From a virus: a DNA stretch of 64,000 nucleotides. The notes under the pieces are model-generated. The model had not been told where the DNA came from and made no database searches. It saw only the letters and a program-made list of their open reading frames with translations. The DNA lies in the IMG/VR virus record IMGVR_UViG_3300042861_001913; one strand, given 5' to 3'. Every line of letters begins with the position of its first letter. Position 1 is the stretch's first letter. Shown here in pieces: positions 27,067-37,121 of the stretch. Both the position numbers and the translations under genes were made by a program.

Positions 27067-28810
27067 ATAGATTCAAGTGTTCCGGTTTAAATGTTCTATC
27101 GGGCATATTGTCTAGTGTAATCATGTGATAACTATTCTCCCTATCTACTTTTCTAAATTCAATGTTGATTACTTTATTTATAATAGCAGGTTCTTCTATA
27201 ACTTGTACAGTATCTCCTACTTTAAATTCACATGGGTTTAGTAATAACACAAGTTTATTACGTTCATCATTAGTTAACTTAGCTTGAACGTCTTTACGCT
27301 CGGTAATAGTAAGTGATTTAACCAGTTCTTTAACTGCATCAACTCCATCATCAATAGCTGCAACTAACTTAACTTTAATTACTTCTAACTCACTTTGATA
27401 TAACGCTGCTACACGTTCTTTCTCTTCAGCTTTATATTTCTTATCTGCCTCAGCTTCTAGATATACAGTCATCCATGATTCTCCACTACTATCAATAGCA
27501 TATATAAATGCTCTGTTATTACCGACATAACGTATGATACCTTCAGTAGATGTCATATCGTTGAGTCGCTTAACTACATCATTACGAGATGCGGCAGTTA
27601 GTTCGACTATATCATTAAGTGTTAACCCATAGACTTTAACCTCAGTATCCTCTACATCAACTTCATCACGCCATTGTTCCCATCGTTCAAATAATAATCG
27701 CAGTATTTGATTCTGTAATTCAATATTCTCAATTGATAATACTGATTCCTTAAGTACCTTAAAGTACCAATAGTTAGCTTCATCTTTCTCGAATAATAAA
27801 CTTAACTTAATAGGTTCACCATCACGAGGTATGGTGTGAACATTAACAGTACCATCATCAGCAGCAAACATACTCCATACACCATCATTAGCGCGAGTTA
27901 AGGCACTAGATCCTGCCACACCATTCATCATACCAGTACGATTATTAGCGTTAGCCATCTTAGTATTATGGTGCAGTAGAAGAATACTGAATCCATGTTC
28001 CTGAGCTAATGATTGTAACTTATAGAGCGCACTTGGTACTTCAGGACTATATTCTGTATAACCTGATACCTTGAGACTAGCCGCTAATGTATCAATAATA
28101 ATAAGATTGATATTCTTCTCTTTAACTATATCTAGTATCTTAGTTTGATCTAATACAATATCTACATTACGAGTTACTATTAACTTCTCACTATTAATGA
28201 GTTCCTTATATAACTCAGGTTCTTCTAACTCAAGTAACTGTAAACCGTGATCATAGATACGATTTATAGTAGTACCATCAATAGGTTCTTCGTTCTCAAT
28301 AAATAGAACATTGCCCGCAGTAGATTCTCTATTGAGAAATGGTGTACCTCTAGCTACAGCAACCGCCGCATGAGTAGCTAAATTAGTTTTCCCTACCTTT
28401 GGACTAGCAACTACCATTATGAGTTGACCAAATTTAAGTAGTCCCTTAAATATCCATTGAGTAGCTTTATCTTTACGTAAGTTAAGTAACTCAGCTAACG
28501 TATAGAGTTTGATCTCTTGTTGCTCTACGCTATATACTTGAATTAACTGTTCAATGTCTTTCTTATCTGTTACAAACTTAGACATCCATTCAGTTAATTG
28601 AGCTTTAATTCTCTTCTGTTTAAGTAATGATTCAGAACTTGTCATTACAGCAATACGTTTACGAAATTCACTTTCTAATAGTGTATTAAAATCAGTTTCT
28701 ATTTCATCTGGTGTTTTATCATAATCAGAACAATCTCGATGAATTACCTCGTCTCTAAGTTGCGGTGTTAGTTCCAACAACATCTGTAAATAAATGTTGT
28801 AATCTTGCAT
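27023..28810 (-). CDS. RepA/DnaB-like replicative helicase (AAA_25 type)
   Basis: Walker A ASPKVGKTNLA, Walker B LIIIDTLAA and LLLHHNTK. Adjacent to the primase. Confidence 0.7.
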   Translation of the reverse strand: MQDYNIYLQMLLELTPQLRDEVIHRDCSDYDKTPDEIETDFNTLLESEFRKRIAVMTSSESLLKQKRIKAQLTEWMSKFVTDKKDIEQLIQVYSVEQQEIKLYTLAELLNLRKDKATQWIFKGLLKFGQLIMVVASPKVGKTNLATHAAVAVARGTPFLNRESTAGNVLFIENEEPIDGTTINRIYDHGLQLLELEEPELYKELINSEKLIVTRNVDIVLDQTKILDIVKEKNINLIIIDTLAASLKVSGYTEYSPEVPSALYKLQSLAQEHGFSILLLHHNTKMANANNRTGMMNGVAGSSALTRANDGVWSMFAADDGTVNVHTIPRDGEPIKLSLLFEKDEANYWYFKVLKESVLSIENIELQNQILRLLFERWEQWRDEVDVEDTEVKVYGLTLNDIVELTAASRNDVVKRLNDMTSTEGIIRYVGNNRAFIYAIDSSGESWMTVYLEAEADKKYKAEEKERVAALYQSELEVIKVKLVAAIDDGVDAVKELVKSLTITERKDVQAKLTNDERNKLVLLLNPCEFKVGDTVQVIEEPAIINKVINIEFRKVDRENSYHMITLDNMPDRTFKPEHLNLYETESTSNHDSDLL

Positions 28811-29588
28811 ATAGAAGTTCCTTTATATTATGTGTACCTACCAAATCAGCTATATCACCACCATCATCAGATGTAACATCATCAAGAGGTACAAGATAAA
28901 ATGGTTTACCAAGTGACCATGCTACATATTTAATTAAGTCAGATTTAACTTTACCGATTTTATCATTATCTGGAAGATAAATAATTCCAGTTATATGAGG
29001 ATTACTTAACTGTGCGAATAGATAATTATTACTCCATCCAAATGAAGGGGGTGATAGTGTTAACCATCCAGTAATTGAACTAACTATATCTGCACATTTC
29101 TCACCTTCAGCAATTAAAACACTACCATTAGTTATGTATCTTTGATTAAATAGACTTGTATTCTTACCTCTACCATATATCCATTGATTACCAACCTTAT
29201 ATTTAGGAAACAATTGCTTACTACCACCACTATCAACTCGTTCAACAATAAATTCATCAGAGTAAGAAAAATAAGTGATGCGGCGATCTCCTATTTGATA
29301 TTGTTTAGCTAACTGATAATGGGGCGGACTAACCATGAGTGCATCAAACTTAGTTATTGTAGGTTGTTTAATAACTAATGTTGATGGCGTAATTATGCCA
29401 CTAGAACTAGATAAACCAAGAGCTGTTCTAATTTGAGCAGTTGAACAATTCTCAGTTACACATAAGTATGCCCAATCTAGTTTCTTATACTTTAATTTGC
29501 CACCACAACTAGGACACTTATAACATATCTCAGTTGCTAATTCACTTAATATTTCTAACTTACAATCAGCTAGATTAAATTTAGGCAT
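28755..29588 (-). CDS. DNA primase (zinc ribbon + Toprim)
   Basis: CYKCPSCGGK...CVTENC zinc ribbon; Toprim AEGEKCAD and LPDNDKIGK. Confidence 0.7.
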   Translation of the reverse strand: MPKFNLADCKLEILSELATEICYKCPSCGGKLKYKKLDWAYLCVTENCSTAQIRTALGLSSSSGIITPSTLVIKQPTITKFDALMVSPPHYQLAKQYQIGDRRITYFSYSDEFIVERVDSGGSKQLFPKYKVGNQWIYGRGKNTSLFNQRYITNGSVLIAEGEKCADIVSSITGWLTLSPPSFGWSNNYLFAQLSNPHITGIIYLPDNDKIGKVKSDLIKYVAWSLGKPFYLVPLDDVTSDDGGDIADLVGTHNIKELLYARLQHLFTDVVGTNTAT

Positions 29589-29589
29589 A

Positions 29590-29796
29590 TTAAATTATGC
29601 AAATATTTAAGTCTATTATGTATTGAGTTAACTCATCAATAGTAAACTCATTAGCATCACCGTCTAATAGCCGTTGATAAACTACTGTCATTTGAGTTTT
29701 TAAATCATCTAGTTTCTCATTATCGTCAAATGAACATTCTGCAAACTCTAAACCAATTAACAATAACGCTTCTAATTGATCTTTACTTATGTGCAT
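29590..29796 (-). CDS. hypothetical protein
   Basis: Co-oriented small acidic ORF. Confidence 0.5.
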   Translation of the reverse strand: MHISKDQLEALLLIGLEFAECSFDDNEKLDDLKTQMTVVYQRLLDGDANEFTIDELTQYIIDLNICII

Positions 29797-30001
29797 GATG
29801 AACTACTCCATGTATTGTTAATCTATGTTCTATATCACCTTTATAATCAATTAGAGTTACTAGAACTTCATCTCCTTCAAGTACCATATCTATAATGTAG
29901 TTATTATATGATGAACTTAATTGAAATAAGTCATACGTCTCATCTTTAATTAACTTAACTAACTTATCTAAATGTTCTTCTAATTCAGGTGTTAATTGCA
30001 T
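29783..30001 (-). CDS. hypothetical protein (start trimmed to ATG at 30001)
   Basis: Listed ORF 29783..30088 overlaps the Thg1 gene by 104 nt. The internal MQLTPELEEHL start leaves a 17-nt overlap. Confidence 0.45.
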   Translation of the reverse strand: MQLTPELEEHLDKLVKLIKDETYDLFQLSSSYNNYIIDMVLEGDEVLVTLIDYKGDIEHRLTIHGVVHHAHK

Positions 30002-30713
30002 AATACTTCTCAATGTAATTTCTATCTTTAGTAAACTCAGGTATTTCATTATCAATAATCCAACTACTTCTAGTTGTATCACCGACATTATAATAACTTT
30101 TAACTACACATCTACCACGTTTATTTGAAGTAGATAAATCATTCCAGTTATAGCCTTGTTGAAAACATAACTCTTGTACTTCACTTGTTTTCTTACCTTG
30201 AAGTTGTTTATGTGGTATTAGAGATTGACCTAGTGTATTAATTGAATTTCTAACTTGATCTTTCTGTCTCCAGATAAAGTAATTACATACATCAGATTCA
30301 GGTATATTAAAACTTCTACTATCAAAATAAGCACGTTTAATATCACCATTCCAAATTAAGTTACTATTAACTGTAAATTCAACACTTGCAATAGCGGCAC
30401 TTATTGATTCTATTTTAGATTGATTATAGTTAAACCATGCTTCACTAGTTATCTCTTTATAGTCATGTAATAGTAAACTTATTTCATCTGATTGAATATA
30501 AGCAACTTGTACATCTTGAATTTCCTCACATAACTTAATAGCTGTTAAATTCATAACATTAATTAAGTTAGCATCAAACTTATTCTTCAATGGTTTAGTG
30601 TATGTATGAAACGCTTTACCATCGAGACGTATGATAACAGGTGTACGTCTAGTTAAATAGTGAGTACATCTACTCTCGTAATAACCTTTAATTCTATCTC
30701 CAAGTGAATCCAT
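29985..30713 (-). CDS. Thg1-like 3'-5' nucleotidyltransferase (tRNA-His guanylyltransferase family)
   Basis: IIRLDGKAFH, AYIQSDEISL, FDSRSFNIPE...YFIWRQKD and LQGKKTSEVQELCF align with Thg1 motifs. Confidence 0.8.
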   Translation of the reverse strand: MDSLGDRIKGYYESRCTHYLTRRTPVIIRLDGKAFHTYTKPLKNKFDANLINVMNLTAIKLCEEIQDVQVAYIQSDEISLLLHDYKEITSEAWFNYNQSKIESISAAIASVEFTVNSNLIWNGDIKRAYFDSRSFNIPESDVCNYFIWRQKDQVRNSINTLGQSLIPHKQLQGKKTSEVQELCFQQGYNWNDLSTSNKRGRCVVKSYYNVGDTTRSSWIIDNEIPEFTKDRNYIEKYYAINT

Positions 30714-30750
30714 AATAGTACAGGGGTTAATTAACCCCTAGTTAAAGTGT

Positions 30751-31188
30751 TTAATTATTAAGTAACTTAGTTATCTCATCTAACTCTAATTGAGTTTTAA
30801 GATCCGCACTCATTAAGTTATTTAGACGTTTCTCTAATGTAGCCAACTCACTCTTCTTCGTACTGATACTTAATCTACTTAATCTAGTTTTAAGATCAAT
30901 TGTCCATTCATTTAATGTGTAACCTAGATAAGTAAACTTATTATCTAAACCTAATATTTCAGTTGCTCTAGTGTGCATAACTTCTTTATTAAGTAAGAAA
31001 ACAAGTATGTCTAGTATTTGTTGTTCATTTGCAGTTTGAATATTAACAATAGCATTAGCATCAACAAACCATTTAAATGCACAATTAGTAACCCAATTAG
31101 GTTTAACTTCAAGTGCCGCGATTTCAGCTTTCTTCTTATTTACGATATCGAGTAATTCTTGAACTTTAATATCAGACATATGTTTCAC
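30751..31188 (-). CDS. hypothetical protein
   Basis: Co-oriented ORF. Confidence 0.55.
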   Translation of the reverse strand: MKHMSDIKVQELLDIVNKKKAEIAALEVKPNWVTNCAFKWFVDANAIVNIQTANEQQILDILVFLLNKEVMHTRATEILGLDNKFTYLGYTLNEWTIDLKTRLSRLSISTKKSELATLEKRLNNLMSADLKTQLELDEITKLLNN

Positions 31189-32198
31189 TATCCTTGAATG
31201 TATTGTTTACCGTTAACTAAATGAACTACTAAATCAGAATAGTTCATTAATAAATCATCTTTAGTTACTGTTATGTATTTATCATGACAACTAACTTCAG
31301 TTGTGTTAACTGCATTGTTACTAACTGTAATTAACTTACAGTAACTTAACACAACGTAATCTGAAATTAATGGAAGATAACCCTGTAGATAATAACCATA
31401 GATATGACCATTAATCTCTTTATATACATAACGTTTATCATTAGTAGGAGTTAATTGAGTTAGAGATACATGACTTATAAGAGATATGTTTTTACTACAG
31501 TTCATTATCTCTAGTAAGTCAACATAGTTATCTACAGGTAACTCACTTAACCTAACTGATAAACTAGTTAATCCAGTTAGAGGAACTAACTTATTATTAT
31601 CATCAATAAACACATATCTCTTAACTAAGTCATAACTAGAATCACACCAGTTGTAATCATACCAATCATACTTACCAAGATAAGTTAAGTTAACTTGCTT
31701 TTTAGTTTGATAGATACATCCAGGTACTAAATCCCGCACACTTATTTTCTTACCTTGAAGAGATGTGAATTGATTGGCAGCTTTATATTCTTCACAGTTA
31801 GCTGGTAGTAATACTAATTTCTTACCATCCCAAGCATAGATAAACTCACCTTCTAACTCTCGCTTATTGCAGTTAGTATTCATTAATATGAATAGTAGAT
31901 TAGATGGTGTTATCTCAAATTCAAATCCTCTATCATCGTATACTCGAATCATTGATCTACCACTTGAATAGTGTGACCAACTATCTCTAGTTACATCCTT
32001 ATTTAGAATGAAACCAGATCGAGGAGTATTATCTAACTCTAATGTAGGGATAGTCGTATCTATCCAACCATTAAATGACTTCTCTTTGCGTAACTTACCA
32101 GTAGCATCATAGTAGATGATATAAGCTAATTGCTTAGTGAAACATTCACTTCTAACTTGAAATCCAACTTTAATCCGCGATGGTATGAATAGCTGCAT
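31188..32198 (-). CDS. hypothetical protein
   Basis: 336-codon co-oriented ORF; no motif recognised. Confidence 0.6.
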   Translation of the reverse strand: MQLFIPSRIKVGFQVRSECFTKQLAYIIYYDATGKLRKEKSFNGWIDTTIPTLELDNTPRSGFILNKDVTRDSWSHYSSGRSMIRVYDDRGFEFEITPSNLLFILMNTNCNKRELEGEFIYAWDGKKLVLLPANCEEYKAANQFTSLQGKKISVRDLVPGCIYQTKKQVNLTYLGKYDWYDYNWCDSSYDLVKRYVFIDDNNKLVPLTGLTSLSVRLSELPVDNYVDLLEIMNCSKNISLISHVSLTQLTPTNDKRYVYKEINGHIYGYYLQGYLPLISDYVVLSYCKLITVSNNAVNTTEVSCHDKYITVTKDDLLMNYSDLVVHLVNGKQYIQG

Positions 32199-32850
32199 TA
32201 TTAACCTCTAAATAATTAACGGAATCTTTTAGACGTAAGAAAAAAGTAGAGATGTGGTTTATTACTTCATCTAAATCGGTAGATACACAACTGTCAATTG
32301 TATTTCCTATTTCGTCATCAATATCAGACATTGAATTAATATATAGTATGAATTTACGATTATCATGAAAATGATAAATTCGTAAATTTATAGATTTGAA
32401 TGAAGTTTTAAATTGAATACAATTAAGTTCATTATTTTCAGTAAACCACGTTAAATTAAACGCACTATCTAACTTATCTTTAATTACAGTTACTTCATCA
32501 TCAGTTATTTTATTTAACTTATCTCTAGTTAACTTAACTGTAGTTCTATGTGATTTGATTACACTAGCTAAATCATTTAGATATTCATCTACTCCATCTA
32601 AATCATGTTGTAGATCGTAATTAACTCGTCTTTCTAATAACTCAAATAAGTTATCACTTTTAAAGTAAGCTACATTATCTTCATCTACTTCAATACTAGT
32701 TGCGGGATTATGTCCTATCTCATTAATCCACATAACACCATTATCTTCAATGGTTAATATTACTTTATCTCCAGGATAGAATGAGTAATCTACATCTTCA
32801 CCTCGACATTCAGGTAAATTACGTAATACTATTGCATTGTAAACTTGCAT
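32170..32850 (-). CDS. hypothetical protein
   Basis: Co-oriented ORF. Confidence 0.55.
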   Translation of the reverse strand: MQVYNAIVLRNLPECRGEDVDYSFYPGDKVILTIEDNGVMWINEIGHNPATSIEVDEDNVAYFKSDNLFELLERRVNYDLQHDLDGVDEYLNDLASVIKSHRTTVKLTRDKLNKITDDEVTVIKDKLDSAFNLTWFTENNELNCIQFKTSFKSINLRIYHFHDNRKFILYINSMSDIDDEIGNTIDSCVSTDLDEVINHISTFFLRLKDSVNYLEVNNAAIHTIAD

Positions 32851-32852
32851 AA

Positions 32853-33320
32853 TTAATTTCCTACAACTACTTCTATTTCATGTAACGTTAAACCACTTAA
32901 TGTCTCAAATTGCTCACGTTTATCATAAGGTAATTTAATGCGGCAACTCATACTTCTACTTCTGTCTGCTAACCTATCATCACCCCATACAATATAACTA
33001 GTTAATTCTCCGTTACATTTAACTAACGCAATTATAAATCGCGCAGACTTATCCTTAGTTAGCGCAATTCTATCTAAGTCATGATAACTAGTTCTATCGA
33101 AGTTAATATTTTCAAGTCCTTTTGATTTAGCTATCTCATATAACTCAGCTAACTTAACTTGTACTTCAATATCATCAAACTTAAGTAATGTAAAGTAGAG
33201 ATTAAATACATAATCTCTAGTTACATCATCTGAATCAATGTAAACGTACTTATCTTGATAGTAGATATTAATGAATGGATTACCTGGATGATTGTGAATG
33301 TATTGGTATGAATATGTCAT
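32853..33320 (-). CDS. hypothetical protein
   Basis: Co-oriented ORF. Confidence 0.55.
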   Translation of the reverse strand: MTYSYQYIHNHPGNPFINIYYQDKYVYIDSDDVTRDYVFNLYFTLLKFDDIEVQVKLAELYEIAKSKGLENINFDRTSYHDLDRIALTKDKSARFIIALVKCNGELTSYIVWGDDRLADRSRSMSCRIKLPYDKREQFETLSGLTLHEIEVVVGN

Positions 33321-33330
33321 GTTACTATTC

Positions 33331-34143
33331 CTATTTAACTAAATCTACTCGTTCTCCTAGAAACCCATATCGTTCAGCTTCAGTTTCCATTTGTTCCCAA
33401 TCGAACTTAGCATTATCATAGTAGCAATTAACTAAGTTCTTCATTTTATCCCAATAGAACATTACAGCATCATCATTAAGATAATAGATAAATGGTGATC
33501 TGCAAGTTTCAGTAACTCCAATAATATATGCGTTACTTACTTCATGAATGCAATTAGTACGTTGATTTATAGCAGCACAATAAGCAGATAATTGTAAGTA
33601 GTACCCAATTAGAGGATAATACTTACCACCATCTTTAGTTTGTGCAACTGGATATTTAGCTCTATTCCAGTTTTTCCAGTCCGCCACTGAATTAGATGAA
33701 GTAATAACCCCACTATCTCTACCAATGAACTTAGTGGTATCTACATTGCCGCACATATCGTATGTACCAGCAAATCCACGTCCAGTAGCTTCATCTACCC
33801 AATATGTCTTCTCTTCAACAGCTATGGGAGTTATGAGATCAAGTACAGGTAGAAACTTATTGAAGAATACATCATCACTTGTTTGAGTTACGCTTGTTTT
33901 CTTACTCTTATAATAATCCTCGATTAATTTATGTACCTCAGTACCACGAGTTGCAGCAGTCTGTGTTATTTTATTAGCTTCAGCTTCACCTACACTAGCA
34001 CGCCATTTAAGTAATCCCTCTTTAGGTTTAGCGTAGTTAATTAATGTAGTAACTGATTTAAATTTCTTAGTTGTTCCATCTAATTGATATGAACGACCTT
34101 CTACTTCATCATTTATTTGAGTTAACATATTAGTCTTATACAT
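33331..34143 (-). CDS. PD-(D/E)XK (Cas4/RecB-like) nuclease
   Basis: GTYDMCG (Asp), VADWKNW (D/ExK-like) and YYLQLSAY (QxxxY). Confidence 0.5.
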   Translation of the reverse strand: MYKTNMLTQINDEVEGRSYQLDGTTKKFKSVTTLINYAKPKEGLLKWRASVGEAEANKITQTAATRGTEVHKLIEDYYKSKKTSVTQTSDDVFFNKFLPVLDLITPIAVEEKTYWVDEATGRGFAGTYDMCGNVDTTKFIGRDSGVITSSNSVADWKNWNRAKYPVAQTKDGGKYYPLIGYYLQLSAYCAAINQRTNCIHEVSNAYIIGVTETCRSPFIYYLNDDAVMFYWDKMKNLVNCYYDNAKFDWEQMETEAERYGFLGERVDLVK

Positions 34144-34169
34144 ATTAAATATAAGACTAATATATCACA

Positions 34170-34508
34170 TTACTTGGATTCTAAATGGAAATTATGAAAT
34201 ATACCAAGACGACCTATATCGTAAGAAACAGAGATGAATGACTTAGTTAATAAATCACCAAATTCACTGTAACTAACTTGATATTCATGTCGTTCATTAG
34301 TATCATCAACAACTACAATAGTGTACTTATCTGAACAACTTTCACCTAGATAGTTACCGCTACCATCGGAGTTAGGTGTACATGATTCCTCATGCCACTT
34401 ATCAACTAGTACACCATTAATATTAGTGTGAGTTAATTCAGATGCGTCAATTGCAGTACAACTAAATACAGTTAATATTACTATTATTAGATTTAGTATT
34501 AGTTGCAT
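34170..34508 (-). CDS. secreted or lipoprotein-like small protein
   Basis: N-terminal hydrophobic signal ending LTVFSC. Confidence 0.5.
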   Translation of the reverse strand: MQLILNLIIVILTVFSCTAIDASELTHTNINGVLVDKWHEESCTPNSDGSGNYLGESCSDKYTIVVVDDTNERHEYQVSYSEFGDLLTKSFISVSYDIGRLGIFHNFHLESK

Positions 34509-34927
34509 TAATAACCACCACTAACATCTTCTTGTTGTTTAGCTACATTAGGCATTACTTTAGCTAGATGAAAGAAGTGATTAACCTTAGTATCTTTATA
34601 TGCTTTACCTTCATATTCGCGTACTCCATTAGTAATCATGCCATGGAATACAACATTATTACCCTTCTTGAATACTAACTTCTCAGATGGTGGTTTCTCA
34701 ATAGCATCTAGAAACTCAGTAGATGCGCCACCGTTATCCCAGATTGTGAGATCATAAAAATCTACAATGTTCTCATAATCACCCGCTTCATTTTTCTTAC
34801 TTCCTGCGTTAGCTGCAATCTTAATCTTTGCAGTACGCTTCTCACCTTTAGGCTCAATAACAATATCTGCTACTAAACGTCCAGCAATTGTAGATTCAGT
34901 ACCAGATAGATAAAATTGATAAGCCAT
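34508..34927 (-). CDS. possible ssDNA-binding (OB-fold) protein
   Basis: Size, position next to recombination genes and an AGRLVADIVIEPKGEKRTAKIKIA beta-rich N-terminus. No acidic tail. Confidence 0.3.
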   Translation of the reverse strand: MAYQFYLSGTESTIAGRLVADIVIEPKGEKRTAKIKIAANAGSKKNEAGDYENIVDFYDLTIWDNGGASTEFLDAIEKPPSEKLVFKKGNNVVFHGMITNGVREYEGKAYKDTKVNHFFHLAKVMPNVAKQQEDVSGGY

Positions 34928-35018
34928 GATTCTTTGTTCCTTATTTAACTTTGTCGTTTGTTGTGCTTAGTCACCCCGCACGATGTTACTTCAACTATAT
35001 TACCACAATAATCTAAAA

Positions 35019-35276
35019 TTACATGGGTCTATAACGATTAGGTCGATAATACTTCTTATACCAAGTTATTAGTGTTGTTTTAACCCACTCACATTCAGTA
35101 GCGTTATTACAGGCAGCTTTACTAGCAGCAAAGTCAATTAACATTGCTTCAGTTATTTCATCAGGTACAAAGTAATGATCACATAATACATCAGCAATGT
35201 ATTTCAATACTGCGGGATTATTATGTTCTGCAACTACACTAAATAGAAAGTATTGAATTGGTAATGTTATCTTCAT
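35019..35276 (-). CDS. hypothetical protein
   Basis: Co-oriented ORF. Confidence 0.5.
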   Translation of the reverse strand: MKITLPIQYFLFSVVAEHNNPAVLKYIADVLCDHYFVPDEITEAMLIDFAASKAACNNATECEWVKTTLITWYKKYYRPNRYRPM

Positions 35277-35279
35277 AAT

Positions 35280-36080
35280 TTAAATATCCAATATAGTTCT
35301 TAATGCACAATCTAGATAATTAACTTGGTTGCCTGTATAAACGTATTGACATTTACTATTACGTGTAGGTTGTCCAAAACTACCACATCTAACAAACTGA
35401 GGAGCGCGTTTACTTAATGTAGTGGCATGAGTTAAGCTAACTCCTTTATGATTAAGATATTCAACTACCGTAAAACTAACATCATCTGAATAATTATGTT
35501 CTAACTCTGCATCAATTACATCTTTAATACCAGGATTATTAGTGTGAGCTTCTTCAATAGCATCTAACTTAGTTGTTCTAGATAATAGTTGTTTATTAGT
35601 TTCTTCTTGTTGTGTTAACTTCTCGTTCATTGAGTTAATCATCTTCATCATTTCAAATAACATCTGATTCTGATTAATGTTATCTAATGTTTGATTATTA
35701 TATTCCTCATCTGATTTAATTACGTTAAATGCTGTATCACATAGACGATTAATAGTTTCTTCTGTACCAGCAGCTAATAACGCTTGAGCTAAGGTATTAC
35801 CTTTATTAGCCCAATATGTCCAGTAAGAAACAATAAGTTTAATAGGTACAGCGTTAAATTTAATACCAGGTCTACTGTCAATTTCAACTTCGACAAGGCT
35901 GGAATCCTTATGTTGTAAAGCTTCTGAGGATTTACCTGCTAAAAATTCGTTAAGGCTTGCAGGACGTTTATTTATTGATAATCCAGCTTGAGTTTGACTA
36001 AGTTTATACGTACCATCAGGAAGCATAAATACTTCTAAATCAACTGAACCGTATTTAATCGTAGTTCTTGTAGCTTTCAT
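35280..36080 (-). CDS. Bro/antirepressor-like paralogue
   Basis: C-terminal NNPGIKD...VVEYLNHKGVSLT module shared with 14835..15686 and 19892..20674. Confidence 0.5.
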   Translation of the reverse strand: MKATRTTIKYGSVDLEVFMLPDGTYKLSQTQAGLSINKRPASLNEFLAGKSSEALQHKDSSLVEVEIDSRPGIKFNAVPIKLIVSYWTYWANKGNTLAQALLAAGTEETINRLCDTAFNVIKSDEEYNNQTLDNINQNQMLFEMMKMINSMNEKLTQQEETNKQLLSRTTKLDAIEEAHTNNPGIKDVIDAELEHNYSDDVSFTVVEYLNHKGVSLTHATTLSKRAPQFVRCGSFGQPTRNSKCQYVYTGNQVNYLDCALRTILDI

Positions 36081-36243
36081 TTGTTTAATTCCTAATTAAT
36101 GTAAATGTGAGACTAGTAAGAAAAATAGACTCCTTGGGAATGGCTGAAATGCCTGTGGTTGTCGCCTCCGCAGAAATGTGGAAGTCTAATTCCTCCACAA
36201 AACCACAATTTAGTAATGCTCTTTTACCTGTAGATTTATCATA

Positions 36244-36360
36244 TCATGATAACCATGTCCAAGCATCTTCAAAATCAATTGGAAATTCTACTTCAGATTC
36301 AAGTAACTGTAATGCTAAATCTTGATTAAATTTAATTCTGTTTTCATCATTTACTTGCAT
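36244..36360 (-). pseudogene. 38-codon ORF that looks like the N-terminus of a longer phage regulator
   Basis: Hand-translated MQVNDENRIKFNQDLALQLLESEVEFPIDFEDAWTWLS, stopping just before a 160-nt non-coding stretch. Its ATG overlaps the end of 36347..36556. Confidence 0.3.
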
Positions 36361-36556
36361 CCCATGTAATATCAGTTGACTTAGCATTACTTATCATTTG
36401 ATTATGCAATTGGGTTATTTCATCACCTATTTTACATATATCGTATTGAAAATTAGTGTCTTTTTCACTATTCCAAACAAGATCAGAAATTACACAATTC
36501 TGTTTGTCTAATAGTTCAAGTATCTTAATTAATATCTCTTGTGTTTCCATGTTCAC
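36347..36556 (-). CDS. hypothetical protein
   Basis: Co-oriented ORF. Confidence 0.5.
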   Translation of the reverse strand: MNMETQEILIKILELLDKQNCVISDLVWNSEKDTNFQYDICKIGDEITQLHNQMISNAKSTDITWDASK

Positions 36557-36701
36557 CTATTACACTAGTTAATTCAATAATGTTCGCGCAATTAACTTAG
36601 TTCCATAGTTAGGAACTAGATATTTAGTAACGTAGTAATAACCACTGTATTAATACAACAGTTATTGCTACGCCGTCATTAATTAGTAACTGATGTTCTA
36701 A

Positions 36702-37121
36702 TTAAATATTGTGTTTCTCCATTTCCCAAACACGGTCATATACAGCTTGTAATTCATCAGGTACATCATTATTATTATTCATAGCCTGAACCCAATTAGA
36801 TAATGTATCTAATGCTTCATACATATCAGTTTGTCGCAATTGATTTAATTGCTCTAATTGATGATTACTTAACAATTGAACAACTCTAACACCTTTTAAC
36901 TTATCAATTAACTTATTATCTATATCATAATTTAGATAATCAGACACTTGTTCACTTAATACATCTAATTCTCCAACTAAACTAGCTAAATGAGATAAGT
37001 ATCTTAACTTATCGTTAGTTGTAGTACCAATTCTATCTACATTAGCTAAGTTAGCAATAGATGTAGCAAACTTAGATATTGCATTTAATGTAACTTCAAG
37101 TTGATTATCGTTCTCTATCAT
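36702..37121 (-). CDS. hypothetical protein
   Basis: Co-oriented ORF; its stop abuts the Pnkp start. Confidence 0.55.
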   Translation of the reverse strand: MIENDNQLEVTLNAISKFATSIANLANVDRIGTTTNDKLRYLSHLASLVGELDVLSEQVSDYLNYDIDNKLIDKLKGVRVVQLLSNHQLEQLNQLRQTDMYEALDTLSNWVQAMNNNNDVPDELQAVYDRVWEMEKHNI

